From the NCBI GenBank assembly GCA_964016885.1, contig OZ024740.1:58218001-58282000 (forward strand): a stretch of 64,000 nucleotides of DNA, written 5' to 3'. The notes under the pieces were generated by a model. The model searched no databases. It saw only the letters and a list, made by a program, of their open reading frames with translations, and was not told the origin of the DNA. Every line of letters starts with the position of its first letter. The stretch's first letter is position 1. The stretch is from Eledone cirrhosa (lineage: Eukaryota). Position numbers and translations under genes: made by a program. Below, piece after piece: positions 24,924 through 39,020 of the stretch.

Positions 24924-25361
24924 CTGGCATCAGATCTGATCTCTTAGATTCCTTTCCTGGACAGAGAAGTATCTTGTTAAAGTCAATGAATTAATGTGTA
25001 ATAATTGGCTTTGTAGCTTCTTTTCTAGCTGTATATTCTTCAAGTCATTTTAAAATGATGTTTGTGTTGTACCTATAATACTTTATATCAACATTATGTG
25101 GACTTTAGCTTCTGTTATATCAGACTGTTTGTCCAAGTAAAGCTATAGGTATATCCTTTTGTAATGAAAGCTTTATTTAACATTATGACCAAACTCTGAC
25201 ATTGAACTGCTTGCTGCCTTAAACCATCTTAATCACCATGTAAAATACAGAGATCATTACAATATTAGCATAACAATGACATAACATTTACCAGTATTTA
25301 ATTCCTTTCATTATTCAAAAATTGTTTGTAGTGTCTGTTTCTGTAACAGTTGCCAACTTAA

Positions 25362-25567
25362 CCCTTTAGAATTTACATTACTCTATATTTACTATTGTAT
25401 TTTTATGGTAAAGGCTTTATCTCACATAGCATCGGATCTGAGATTTTGAAGTTATTTATTTTGAGAACAATAACTTAAAATCAGTATGAGGGGTTGGTTA
25501 CAGCTGGTTTGAACAGAAAGAGGTGAGAGAATTCTGGCCAGATATGGCCAGTTTAAATGCTAAAGGT
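25362..25567. mobile_element. piggyBac-type MITE, family A
   Basis: TTAA-ccctttagaattta...taaatgctaaaggt-TTAA; second copy at 43964-44163. Confidence 0.8.
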
Positions 25568-27334
25568 TTAATGTAGTATCGTGGTTAGTTGGGAATCTTA
25601 ACAGTGAAAATTGTGTTGTTAAGGCTGAATATCTTCTCGAGTCATCCTTCCATCAAAGGTAAAGCAATAACTTTGCTTTTTCTAATGGCTAAAATATATG
25701 TGGCTCACCACACCTGTATACTCATAGATTTCTCCACTAACTGGAGCAGTTGTGCCAATCCATTGTCGAATTAATAGTTGATCATCTCGTGTTCACGTTG
25801 CTGATGTCATCTAATTAAACTGATGATCATCACATGAGATACAGCTTACTATGAGACAAGCAGGATTTTTTTTATCGAGGCTTACTCTAGATTTGATCTG
25901 TTCTGCTAGCTATAACAAAGGTACCTTGTGTAGAATGTGGCTTTTCACCATGCAGATCAGTCTTCGAACTGAGAGAGGCTAGGTGCTCAGCTTGAATGAG
26001 CAATTATTGCACATCATCTATTTGCTGAGTGGTATTTTCAACAGACTCTGGGACACATGATGCCACAAACGACCATCTAATCAGGTTGAACATAGTTAGA
26101 ATCAATTGTTATTTTTAATACAAACTTCTTTAGAAAATTTATTGGATTCTTTTTGTAGGATTATATTTTCTTGGCAATCAAGAATTAATAGATACTTTGA
26201 AGAATATAGAGAAACTTAGTATAATAAGAGCTTAAGATATATAGTTTACAATATCACTAATTTCCACCAAATCTCCTTTTTCCCATGATAGCAGGAAAAA
26301 GAACATCAGTATAATTTCCCCAAATGCTATCTCTTATATATAGTTCATGAGCTGTTTGGTTGGTTTGATGTCAGATGTTACATTTGACATCGTATATAGA
26401 GAGTAAAATAAAGAGACAGAGAGAATTAACATAACGGTTGAAGGAGGAGTATCCACATGGAGCAGAGTGGCTCATAAAGACTGAGAGACTTTGTGAAGCA
26501 AAGATTGCTTAACTGATAGCATGTACAAGCTCACACACATACATGTGTAATTACCGTCTGCCAAAATAACTGTCAATGCTTATAGCATTTGTACAAAGTT
26601 CTCTTTTTACTCTTTCCTCATTATTTTTAATGAATTGAGTATACATATATGAAAATATATTTTCCCTTTCTCAAATTGTTGATTTCTATAATACTAGATC
26701 TGTAGTACTTGAATGTGAGCAATAAATGGATTATATATTTATTAGTACATTTATATATCTTCATTTATTTATCTAATGTTAGCAACAGTGACAAATATAT
26801 GCTCCCAAATTATGTCATATGATAGGTGACACTCATTATTATTACAAAATCAATTTTCACTCATGTAAAATAATAATTTATAATGTAATAACTTGTGAAT
26901 ATTTTTTCAAAATTGATAGTATCTGTTAAAAGAGTTTGGGTAATAAAAGGATAAAATAGCAGTCACAAATGTCAAACTGTATGAATCAGCAGTTTTTTTT
27001 TTTTAGATATAGTCTCAAACCAATTACAGAATTAGAATTTTTACAAAGAAGGAAAGGTGAAGCTAACCAAATTTTTGGTATGATTTTATCTAGAATATAT
27101 TTGCTGATAATATTGATATCAATTTTAGTTGGAGTAATAGAAAAGTTGTTTGCAAAATTAGAGTCATGATCTTTAAATGTGATTTACAGGTTTTGCAAAG
27201 TGAAAGACTTTATCTTCAATTTTTAACTTGTTTACAATTTTCTTTTGCTTTTGCATTTATGTCACATAGTTAAAAATCTTTTTCTTTATATAGTTGTCGG
27301 TATTATAATTATATAATTAGATAAATTGTTATTT

Positions 27335-27800
27335 AGGTGACTTCACTAACAGTCGAGGTGGATGTATTGTAAGTGTTGTAGCTAAAGTGGAAAAGGATTG
27401 GAAGAAGTTTAGGGAGCTGTTACTTCTGCTGGCAAGAAAAGAGCTTCTCTCTCAGAGTGAAGGGCAGATTATATGATGCTTGTGTTGTAACTACTATGTT
27501 ACATGGCTACAAGATATGAGCTCTGAGTGCAGAAGATATGTGACAGCTAAAAAGAAATGAAGTATGCATGTTATGCAGGATGTGTAATATTAGTATATGT
27601 GAACAACAGACAGTGAGCTGAGAGAAAAGCTGAGCACAAGAGGAATTGCATGTAGGCTGCAAGAGAAATGATTGAGCTGGTATGATAAAATGATGTATAA
27701 GAAGAGTGCGAGTTTTATAAAAAAAAATGTTGAGCGCTTGAATTAGTTGAACTTGTGAAAGAGAGAAACTAAGTTGTAAAGGAGATGATACAGGGCTGAG
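27335..27800 (+). mobile_element. Degenerate RTE LINE 3' fragment
   Basis: ggattggaagaagtttagggagctgttacttctgctg...gtgaagggcagattatatgatgcttgtg corresponds to [20 protein letters not shown] of the young family. Confidence 0.8.
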
Positions 27801-28540
27801 CTGACTAATGATATGCTATAAAATAAAAAAAATAAAAAACTCAGCCACCTTTTGAAGCACTGTGACACCAACAATAAATTTAGTGAGAGACTGGACCCTA
27901 CAGTGTTAGCAATCAAATGCAGACAACATAGATTTTGAGAGGACCCTTCAGATTAGAAGAGCATCTGATAACCCCTCTAATGCCGATACTGTGATAAAAT
28001 GCACCCAGTACACCCTAAAATACCATAACTCCTCTTGCTTTCCATGTTTATATCTGATAGTGTTCCATTTGTAAATCCAGAATTTGGTGTTGGATTAAAA
28101 GCTAAACAAATTCTTTCATTTATAGACTTCATATATTTCCATCTGCTTTTTACATCACCCTTTACTCCCACCGGGAGGAACCTTTTCTAAAAGACCTTCA
28201 GTAATTAGTTTTCTCAACTTTATGACTAATGATTTAATGTATATTGGTAATGGACTGGTCTCAAAATAAAATAGTTTGATATTTCATTTGAGAAGAATGT
28301 TAGCCTTTTAAAACCTCTCAATCTCTCAAAATGTTTTGACATTTCTATCTCTTGAATTTATGTAGTACCATCAGTATTTATCACATCAATATGAAGCAAG
28401 CAATTACATTTTTATATTTAGCAACAGTAACATTTACATCTTTTCTTTATCAGTTTCCCTTAAAGCATTGAATTTTCAAAGAATTTTGTCAAGTGATACA
28501 TGAAAATGTTTATTTTGAAATCACACTTTTTTAACTTTGT

Positions 28541-28685
28541 GAAGGCGCATGGCTTAGTGGTTAGAGCATTGGGCTTGCAATCGAAAGGTTGTAAGTTCAA
28601 TTCTCGGATCGGGTGATGTATTGTGTCCTTGAGCAAGACACTTTATTTCACATTGCTCCAGTTTACTCAGCTGTAGAAATGAGTT
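28541..28685 (+). mobile_element. CORE-like SINE head and core
   Basis: gaaggcgcatggcttagtggttagagc...gttcaattctc...gtccttgagcaagacactttatttcacattgctccagtttactcagctgtagaaatgag; downstream tail differs from the RTE-tailed copies. Confidence 0.85.
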
Positions 28686-31600
28686 GCAATCCTGCCAAAT
28701 CAATGGGTGGCAGTAGTTCTAGCTGCATGTATCGAAAGACTGGTGTAGTGGTTCTGAGAACAATGCGGCTTTGCAGATGATCAATGCAAATTGACAATGG
28801 AAACGCTTGAGTTAGAAGAGAACTATTGACCTTCAAGAGAAGCAGCGACCCCTGATTGTATTCAGCAACCAAAACAATTATGAAGTACACCAAATCCAAT
28901 CCTCCTAGAGGCATCCCTGGTTCTTCTTATTTGCAAGTGTAAACTCGACCAGATTAGATTAGATTTTTTAAACTTTGGTTTATTCAAATCTATCTGTAAT
29001 AGCTAAAGTATTACAGTTACCATGCTACCTGTGTCAACTTGTCTTGAAACACTAACATTACTGAGTTTTACATTGAGCATTGCAATATTTTTAGGCCAAT
29101 TTAATAAACATCTGCAGAATTTCTCCAATTTCCTAACTAATATTGCAATTTCACTGCCTGAAAGCAATTCTTTTTCACCATTTAATACATAATTTACCAA
29201 ACCCAGAACATTTGGATGGTGTATGCTTATATTCATAAAAATGATATTTCGAGCTAGTTTTGTACCCTTTTCTATCAACATCTATCTATTTCAAGCTTTC
29301 AAATCTAATGCCTTTATGTGATGTTCAGATAATTGCTTGTTATATACGAGCCACATTTGTATTATATTTCTTGCATTATGTCCTTGACTTCCAATGTTTT
29401 CATGTTCTCAAAGATGAACAGATTTAGACTCTCAAATTTTGATGTTGTGATAAGAAAAAAAGCTGTAGTCACACATGATCACTTACATTTAGAAGCTGTA
29501 TTCAGCTGAATAGCCAAGCTCTGGTAATCATCTTAAATAGTTTTAACCACTACTTTTATGATATTAAACTGTTTATTTGAAGGTGTTTATGTGTATCAAA
29601 AAACTTTTCCATCATAGTTGTATATAAGAACCATGCTCCAAACATCAACTTAAGGAGAAAAGTTAATTATATTACTAAACCCCTCTGAATTCTTGATTAT
29701 TTTCAAAATGATTTGAAAATTAGTGGTAATGGTAACAGACTTCATTGTTAGACAGAATGATGACCACAACAGCAATGATGGGTAGAATTGGTAGCTTTTC
29801 TTTTATCTAGCCATAATTTATCTCTGACTAAATACATTTTCTTTCTTGTAAGAGTGTAGAATGAATGTGATTTAAAGGAGATTTAGTTTTTATTTCTAAC
29901 AGGATCAGTGACCATGTAAGAGGTTCACCACATTGTAAAGCATTAGGAATCATTTATAATTGAAGTAGGTTTTAGCTCATTCTTTTCCTTGTCTATCTTC
30001 TCTACTGAGTATAAGTAAGGAGATAAAATAAAATACTTGTCAAGACTTTTCCCTTTCTTGAAATTGCTGGCCTTGTGTCTAAATTAGAAATCATTATGTT
30101 GTTTGTAATGAGTATAATATGTGTAGAAAGACAAATATGGTGCAAATGCACTATTTAGAATAGTTTATAATCTATTGTAGATTATAGTAGAAAGGTTTGG
30201 AACCAAGCTAGGATTGACATTGTTCATGATGGTTATGTTTTATTCTATGTAAACTAGTGTCATGTTTCACTTATGTCAGTTGAGCTGATAGTATGTCCTT
30301 TCTGTTTTGCATAAATGACATTGATGTGCTGTATTTGATGCTTAAAATTTTAATATTTCATGTTTGATTATTGAGTATGATTCATGACATGAAATAGTGT
30401 TCTTAATCTTATAGGTAGATTTGTTTGATATAACATTTTATCTATTTTGTGAAACCAAGATTCTTGCATATGTACATGCATTCTTGTGGTGGCAGTAAGT
30501 TGTATCTTGTGAGAATATAGTACCTTGTTGTGGGGATTTGTGAGATGCAATTTGTAAACCAGAGAGATCTGGGAAGTTTTATTATTAGATTATATACAAG
30601 CCTGATATCATAACCTTTGAGTCATTTTCTAGCTCTGCTTGAAATAATGTTATTGTTTTTAATGATTAGGTAGTAAGAACTAGGATGAAACTATTACTAG
30701 TGTGAGTTGTGTATGTACCATTGGGCACTTTTTTTCTGTTAAAATCAACTTAAATTTATTGAAATAGTTTTGGAGTATAGTAATCTGGATCTACTGGAGA
30801 TTAACAACATTTCCTCTACTGTTCTAAATTTTTAGAATTGTAAGGGAAATACAACATTATCGAGTGATAATCCAGGCTTTCTTCAATAGCATTGGAACAC
30901 AGATTCAACTTGCAACACCAGTTATAACTCCACTATAAAGCATTTTGTGTTTATTGTAGATATGCAGTGCTGACATAGGAAAATTAACCATGTATTCTTT
31001 ATTATAAAAAAAGGAGGCGTTTCTTGAAGGAAGTTTTGTGCTACTTCAATAAACTGTGTGCCCACAATAAGGCTCTAGTTTATCAACTAAAATAAGGACT
31101 CACAAGTACTATATTTCTGGTCAGAAAGTTAAGCATTTATATATAGTTTATGAGTGTAGTTTAACATATATATATATATAATGATAATAAGATTTGCTTT
31201 GAATCCAGCATGAAATATAACAGGTGGATGGATGTCCACTAAGGCTGTCCTTAGAACTCTTTTCTACACTATAGGTCCTTGAGGACTATAATGGAAGAAC
31301 TAATGTAGGTTGGGAGTAGAAACTCAATATAATATTATGTTAACATAGTAGTTGTGCAACTATACTGTAATATTTCTTGCCCACTGAAAGAAAACAAAAC
31401 TTTAGATGTAGCAGATGTATAAAAGTAGTTTCCAGCAGATTGAAATATAAAATGAAGATTTCATAATTTTGTCATGTGACACAATTAGAGTTAAACATGA
31501 TTCTAGTTTAACTGCACCGACTAGTGTAAGAATGAAGACGTTCATGTAAGTTCCTCATGAAAATAAAAATGAAAATAAGAGTTTGTGTAAGAAACATGGC

Positions 31601-32309
31601 ACTATATTCTACCAAAATAGGAAAATAAACATTGACGATCTACAATATCTAGTCTTCGGAAAATAGAGAGAAGTGCAGTGTTAATCTATTATAAATATTA
31701 AGCAAAAATAACTTGACAAGGTGCTTTGCATCAGAGATTTCTAATATATACAAGACAGTCGTCTGTACCTTTGTGAACTTGTAATGTGAATAGATAACCT
31801 ATACTTGGAGAGGTGACAAAGTAAAGATATCTATGATAAATCAAAGAGTATGTAGGGAAAACATGACTCATCTAAACCTATGAACACTGAATCAAATAGT
31901 TGAGATCATGTAAGGAGATATACTTCATATAACCATGTCCAATTCTATCTTTCTAGGGAAAATATGATTATAAAGTTTGTAATTGTTTTCAAATATATTT
32001 ATAAAAGTAATAAAACTCAAAAGATTTTACTGTAATTAATGATTTTAACAGAAATATATAAAGATTTCAATGTGAATTTATACTTATGGACTTAATTCAT
32101 TCTAGGAAATTGTCAGCTTATAATTCATTACATTGTAACATATGAGTTTATTAGAATTACTCTTTTATTTATGATTTCTATTTTCTAAAACTTAATAAAT
32201 TATTTTGAAAATAATTATTTGCACCATGTTTTTTTTATAATTTTTACAAGTTGAAAATTATCCATTTAAATATTTTATAAGTATTTTCTTAATAATTGTT
32301 TCTACTTTT

Positions 32310-32478
32310 GGCATAAGGCCAGCAATTACCCAGTACATTACTGGTACTTTATTTTATCGACCCCGTAAGAATGAAAGGCAAAGTTAACCGCGGCGGCATT
32401 TGAACTCAGACCGTAAAGGGATGTAACTATGCTGGAAAGCACGGCGTCCGACTCTCTACTGATACTGCAAATCCACCA
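32310..32478 (-). mobile_element. SINE with Meta-domain-like core
   Basis: ctggtactttattttatcgaccccgtaagaatgaaaggcaaagttaaccgcggcggcatttgaactcag. Further degenerate copies at ~36050-36250, ~38115-38235 and ~53730-53945. Confidence 0.7.
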
Positions 32479-32550
32479 TGATCAAAGAATATCATCATCA
32501 TTTCGGTTTAACGTCAATTTTTCCATGCTTGCATGGCTTAAACGAGAGGT

Positions 32551-32645
<95 letters not shown>

Positions 32646-35598
32646 ATATATATATATATATATATTAGTAGTATAGATTCAAGTTTAAGCAAAGAATTTC
32701 TGCTTTCACTTCTATTATGGGATCTTCTGAAACTGAGAAAAATTAACCTGTAGACGCAGAAGTCAATATTCAAAACACGTTACAACCATATATACATTCA
32801 TTATCGAGCCCCCTTCGGATTTTGGTCTTCATAATAATTATCATTATAATATATATATATATAAGCTCATTAATTTATTTATATCCCTAAAATGTTTTTA
32901 TAAATCTTCCTTTGTAAACCACAATTTTTGCATTTTGTAATTAATTTCACTGATGCTTTAAACTTTTAATGATTTTCCATGATTTTCTTATTTTCATTGA
33001 AAACAAAAATTGTGGGCAATTGATTAGTGAGATCATTACTGCCTTTTATTTTACTTTTCTTTATTGTTTTTCTATTTTGTTTATAGTCTTTGATCTGATA
33101 CTAAAGTATGTTTTTTTCTTAAGATAATAATATTTCTAAATATTATATTGAGGTTTATATGATTTATTGTACAAAAACTAAGGGTACAGAAATTGAAAAC
33201 ATTTGTTAATTAGAAAAGGCTTATATGATTTAGATAAATTATTATTTTCTAATCCTCTACATTGTGAAACAATGTCTAATAAACACAAGATTTTTGCTAA
33301 TGAGACTTTTGTTAGTTTTATGTCATATATTAGGAAAGATATTTCATTATTATCAGTATATTATTTATATATATTCAACCATGGACATCCTTAGACTAAA
33401 AGTATTATTGCTTAGTATGCTTCAAAATAAAATAATTATTTTTCTTAACTTTTTTCCCTATGATCTTTCATTTTAATTTTAATTCATTAATTTTGGCCTA
33501 CATTGTATTAAATAAATTGAAATATGTATAATCCTTTTACATGCTTCAACTTAACTCACAAAACAAAATATTTAAATTAAAAAATAATTTAAAGTTAATA
33601 AAGCTTGTGTGGATATATTTATTTTAGTTAGCAAAATTTACATACCTAAATTTTATGGAGTTTTTTTTACATATCATATTTTTTTTTTTTCCGTTAGATT
33701 AAATATATTATAGATATAATACAAATCAGCTGTATTTCTTTATTTCACAACATGGGTTTTGTTAACCAAAAAATGTTTCGTAAGCACAACTTAATCTGCA
33801 GGCTAATTATTTTGTAATCTGAAAAACACCTTTAAAATATTTAGAAGTCAAGTTTAGAATATGGAAATAAGTAAAACTGCAACAAGTTTAATGAACTTCC
33901 TCACACAAAGAAAAAGATTGCATTCACTTTTTCAATGCTATTTAATGTCATTAGCATAAAACATATTTTTTAATACTTTTTAAATATTAACGCATTTGGA
34001 TGGGCCTTTTATTATTATTAATTGATTGCTATTTTTTTCTATTTGCATATCTTATGAAATTAGTTAGGTTTTGCTTGAAGAAATGATAACATTTCATGCA
34101 CAATTTGCTCTTATCTCTTGGACATTAATATTGTGTGCTTTTATTGTTTATTTTATTTTATTTTAATTTTTTATCGTAAGCATTGTTTGAAAGCCTTCTG
34201 TTTTTAAATATGATGCTATTCAATCTCTGCTGCTTTAAAAGCCAATATAATTTATTCTGAATATTAGTTTCTTTAGTAACAAATTCATTTTTTAAACTTT
34301 TACTTTTTCTTTTGAAATTATGTTTAACTTCACGAGCTCTTAACTTTTCAACCTCATGAATATTTCAGGATTAAAATCCTTTCTTCCACATTGTTGTTTT
34401 ATCGTTCTCAATTTCTTTTGAAAAAATTCATTTGTTCCTTTGCTTCCTTGTCTCAAAAGGAATATGCTTAACCTTTCTTTAAAAAAGCTAAACAATAATA
34501 ATTTTGTGTTCTCTCGAAAATCATTTGCAAGTGACTTGTACCTCAAACGCTAAAGTAATAATGTAACCTCATCATATAAATTTGCATTTCCCTTGTGAGA
34601 TAATTTATTTCATTCCAAAGGACAGGCTCACAACAAAGAACTTAATATATGGATTTGATTATTATCCTCTCTAAATCACTGAAGATGGTAATTCTCCAAA
34701 CATTTTTCAAGAAAATATTTCAGCTCTTTTGTGACTCACTTTTCATTTATTATCTTTTGTTGTATTTTCTATGATGATAGGAAAACTGAAAATCAGTTAA
34801 ATGTCAATGCATAGATACTAGATACCATTGCATTACGGCATATATAAAATTTTACATCTTATTCCTTCATGCTCATGGCTCTATCTCTCTCTCTCACCTT
34901 TTTTATACCCACATTTTAATGTTAATATGCTCTGAACTTCTTTTTAAAATTGGTGGATTAGTAAATAAATTATCAAAGATGTTTTTAATCTCAGCTGAAT
35001 ATCCATTCTTATATGTTCAGTTAGGAAAGTCATAGTAAGTAGAGTATTTGTCTTTGTATATTCACATGTCTGTTATTAGATCTTTATGGAATTGTATGAA
35101 GCTGTCAGTAGTTGGAGTTATCAAATCAATATAATATACAATGTGTGTAAACCACTTGGTTTGTCTGCATGTCATGATTGACAATGTAGAGGAAGCAGAA
35201 GAGAGGAAATAATGAAAGAGAGAGAGAGAGAGAAAGAATTGAAACATAGGATGAAGGGGGAGTTATACTGAACGAGTGGCAAGCAAAGAGAGAAAGAGAA
35301 GCATTTCAGTGAGGGGAAGTGTTAATATTCACAGACGGAGAAGAAACAAATAAGGAACACTATATAGATGCATATTCATACTTTTGTATGTCTATACACA
35401 TATAAACACATCCATATCCATACATATTTGTGGATATATGAAATGAAATCGAAGATATAATCTAATATAGGCAAAGCATACTATTTGTAAGACAATAAAC
35501 TAGGAAACAAAATCAAAGACATACATAGCAATGTGTTTTTCTCAAGATGAACTGATTACCCAGTGCTTTTAAAGTGCTGACAACATATTTTGCATGTA

Positions 35599-35931
35599 AT
35601 CATCATCATCATCATCATTTTACGTCTGCTTTTCCCTGCTTACAAGGGTGGGACGGGAACTGATTCTGGCTTGATTTCTACAGCTGGATGCCCTTCCTAA
35701 CACCAACCTCATTTACAGTGAGTGCTGGGTGATTTTTTTGCCATGGCACCTCCACGACCACTTTGCAGTGGAATGATAGGGACCCCACTCCCTATCATCT
35801 CATTTCTACAGCTGAGTAAACTAGAGCAATGTGAAATAAAGTGTCTTGCTCAAGGAAACAACACATCACCCGGTCTGAGAATTGAACTCACAACCTTTCA
35901 ATTGTTCTAACCACTAAGCCATGTGCCTCCA
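35599..35931 (-). mobile_element. CORE-like SINE with RTE tail (small deletion in the tRNA head)
   Basis: Collinear with 13949-14270 and 37044-37382; (cat)n tail. Confidence 0.9.
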
Positions 35932-37043
35932 TGAGCATTAGAATTAAAGCTGGGTAATGGAAACTACACATATGTTTCACATATGTGGAAATCATGTTTG
36001 CTTTTACAGGAGATATTACCAACATATATTTGTTTACAATGACTTCTAATTTAGACACAAGGCCAACAACTTTTTGGGGGAAGGGAAAAATTGATTATAC
36101 CTATCCATTACTTTACTGGTACATTTTATCAACCCCAGAAGGATGAAAAGCTAATTTGACCTGAACCACATTTGAAACCTGAAAGTAGAAGGCTGTAAAG
36201 AAATACTGCATTGTATTTCATCTGATGCACTAATGATTCTGTCAACCCACCAATGTTGATTTTCATATGATGTGAATATTGACATAATTAACCTGCTGTA
36301 TATACACAATTGTCTACTTCTGTATGTATGTGTGTGTGTGTGCTACAAATTTCCAGCTTTGAGCAAGATTTGATAGATAAATTAAATGCAGCTACTTGTA
36401 TCTGATTTTTAGTAAAAAAGAGAAAGAAAAATGTAACCTATGGAGTATGGTACATATGTTCACAAGACTGTTAAATTATAGAACAAAATTAGAAACTTAT
36501 TTTTTTAAATTTTGTACACATGCATCACATGTAACACCCTTCCTTTCATTTGGAGAGATACATCACCATCACTGTCATTTAACATTTGTTTTCTCTGTGG
36601 ATGTTGATGATGGTGATGTTGTATATCTCTGAATGAAAGGCTTATATTATTTGTAGGACAGGGAAATAACTATTTATATTAAGTGTTATATATATATTAC
36701 TGATAAATCGTTTTTTAGAATCCACAGCTCACTGGGGAAACTACTGTACTTCATTCACTGCAACTGGTTCAGGGCTGGTCAAATTCAGTTACATGCTCTA
36801 TTCTCTGATATGAAAATAAGAATGGTGTACAGTGTATTGAGATTTATTAAAGTTTTACCAATGTACCGAAGCTGAATAATAATATAAAAAGATATACTAT
36901 CTGCATTTTAGGTCTGTTCTAGCAGCTAACAAGGTCTTCTCACTTTCTGTTTGACCTGCTAAAAGTAGCAGCTAAATCTCATTCATTACATCCTACCATC
37001 TTAAATAAAGGATAAACACATTAAATAATGTAATCATAGACAT

Positions 37044-37382
37044 GGAGGCACATGGCTTAGTGGTTAGAGCATTGGCCTTGCAATCCAAAGGTTGTGTGTT
37101 CAATTCTCAGACCGGGTAATGTGTTGTTTCCTTGAGCAAGACACTTTATTTCACATTGCTCCAGTTTACTCAGCTGTAGAAATGAGATGATAGGGACTGG
37201 GGTCCCTATCATTCCACTGCAAAGTGGCCGTGTAGGTGCCACGGCAAAAACCACCCAGCACTCACTGTAAATGAGGTTGGTGTTAGGAAGGGCATCCAGC
37301 TGTAGAAATCAAGCCAGAATCAGTTCCCGTCCCACCCTTGCAAGCAGGGAAAAGTGGACGTAAAATGATGATGATGATGATG
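37044..37382 (+). mobile_element. Full-length CORE-like SINE with RTE tail and 8-bp TSD
   Basis: tRNA head, core, RTE-like tail and (tga)n; flanked by ATAGACAT at 37036-37043 and 37383-37390. Confidence 0.93.
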
Positions 37383-37499
37383 ATAGACATACCGCTAAAA
37401 GGACAGGGTGGGCAGAGGAAATTTGGTTACTATTTCTAGCAGGTTGAATGACCACATAAAAGCTTGCTTCTTAGTTTGAGAGACAGGCTAATTAAGATG

Positions 37500-37840
37500 A
37501 TTGATTATGACTTTCTCTATCACTTTTAAGATGTTGCAAGTGAGAGGAATAAAGTGGGAGCAGATAGGTCAAAGAAGCTGTCTTTCTTGGGAACAGGACT
37601 CATTGTAGTATATTTCCATAGTATCGGATTGGATTCTTGTAGAGATGGCATACTAAATATTTAGAAATATCTTATCTCTTTAGCACGTACTTTAGGTGAA
37701 ATGGAAGGACCGGAATAATCAGAGGCATTTTGTATATACGGTGTCGAAATAGACGGAGTTGTGAAAGATAGATTAGAAAGTTTTAAGTGTATATTGATTG
37801 TGGAATTGTTACCAAAACTGGCTTTATCAAAACTGAGGAT
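37500..37840 (-). mobile_element. Highly degenerate LINE RT fragment
   Basis: Manual minus-strand translation ..LWKYTTMSPVPKKDS../..IPLTCNILKVIEKVII resembles WK..V.PVPK..YRPI.LT..KV.E. Confidence 0.5.
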
Positions 37841-38454
37841 TTATTTTTATGGTTTAAGCAAAGGATATTGTACATGACCCTTGTTAGGATTTCTGAGAAT
37901 CGTGGAAAGAAAGAATTTAAATTTGAGATTTTGCTTAAATAGTTGTAATTTAGTGGACTCTACTAAAAGCATATAAAGACTAGGTGGTGGTGTTAAACCA
38001 ATTGATGAATCAAGTAGACCACAATAGAATTTGAACTCAATGGAAAAAACTAAAGCAAGAAATTGCATCCACTGCTCTAATAATTCTGTCAATTCACTCC
38101 ACTAGAATGGCACATTATTTTATAAACCCTGAAAGGATGAAATTCTAAGTTGTCCTTAGAGAAATTTGAACTTAGAGCACAGAGAGCTGGAACAAATACC
38201 ACAAAACATTTTTTCTTATGCTCAAATGATTCTGCTATTTTGGAGAGGTGAGTTGGAGATATATATTCTCAAAAATTAGTAAAAATAATGAAATTCAAAA
38301 TTCAGGACTGGCTTATTGATTCAAGAAATTCAAAACATCATAGTTGTTGGTGCATGTATATTTCTCACCTATCTCATCCTATTCTCAGCCATAGAATAGA
38401 GAGGGCCCTCCAGTCAAGTATATGACCAACAAACTCGATTGCTATGCTATGAAA

Positions 38455-39020
38455 AATACACCCAGTACACCCTGTAAAGTGGTTGTTGTCAGGAAGAACA
38501 GCCAGCTATAAAAAAAACATGCCAAAAATATCGAGAGAGCTCATCTGTTGTGTCAAGAACACAACAACCTCTCTAGTATCCTGTACACTTTGTAAAGTGC
38601 TTGGTGATAGGAGAGTCATCCAGTTGTAAAAAGCTTTCAAGGGCTCAGGAGGACCCTTCAATTGTGTCATAGACATGACAACTTCCCTAGTGTTGGGGAT
38701 CTATTTGATAAACACACTCACTACACACTGTAAAGTGATTTATGATAGAAAAGTTATCTAGCTATAGAAGACCTGCTAAACTAAGGGTCAAGCAGACTCT
38801 TTAACTGTGTCAAAGATATGAAAACCCCTCTTTATGTTGGCACCATGATAAAACATGCTGGTAGAGCCTGGGAACCTATGTAAGCATGATGCAAGTTCCC
38901 AACCCATTTGAGCACACAGAGTACAGGAATATATGTAAGTAAGATGTGGACCTCCAGTTCACTTGATTTCTGACTTGGACTGTGACAACCTATCCAACTC
39001 TTGCTAGCAGAGAGAATGGA
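38455..39020 (+). repeat. Degenerate tandem array (about 3 units) of the RTE-tail module
   Basis: acac.ctgtaaagtg.ttg.tgataggaa....ccag.t.taaaa recurs at ~38465, ~38585 and ~38725, each followed by ..tgtca.aga.a.gacaac...ctctagt. Confidence 0.6.

Noticed and set aside
34340-34546. 68-aa minus-strand ORF as a possible host exon
   Set aside because: No recognisable domain and no convincing splice-site pair.
37044-37120. tRNA-like sequence with a TGC anticodon (also 14195-14270 and 28541-28615)
   Set aside because: Acceptor stem does not pair and the sequence continues into the SINE core; a SINE head, not a tRNA gene.
38455-39020. Regularly spaced repeats as a CRISPR-like array
   Set aside because: Eukaryotic context; units are long, diverged and LINE-tail derived, with no unique spacers or cas genes.
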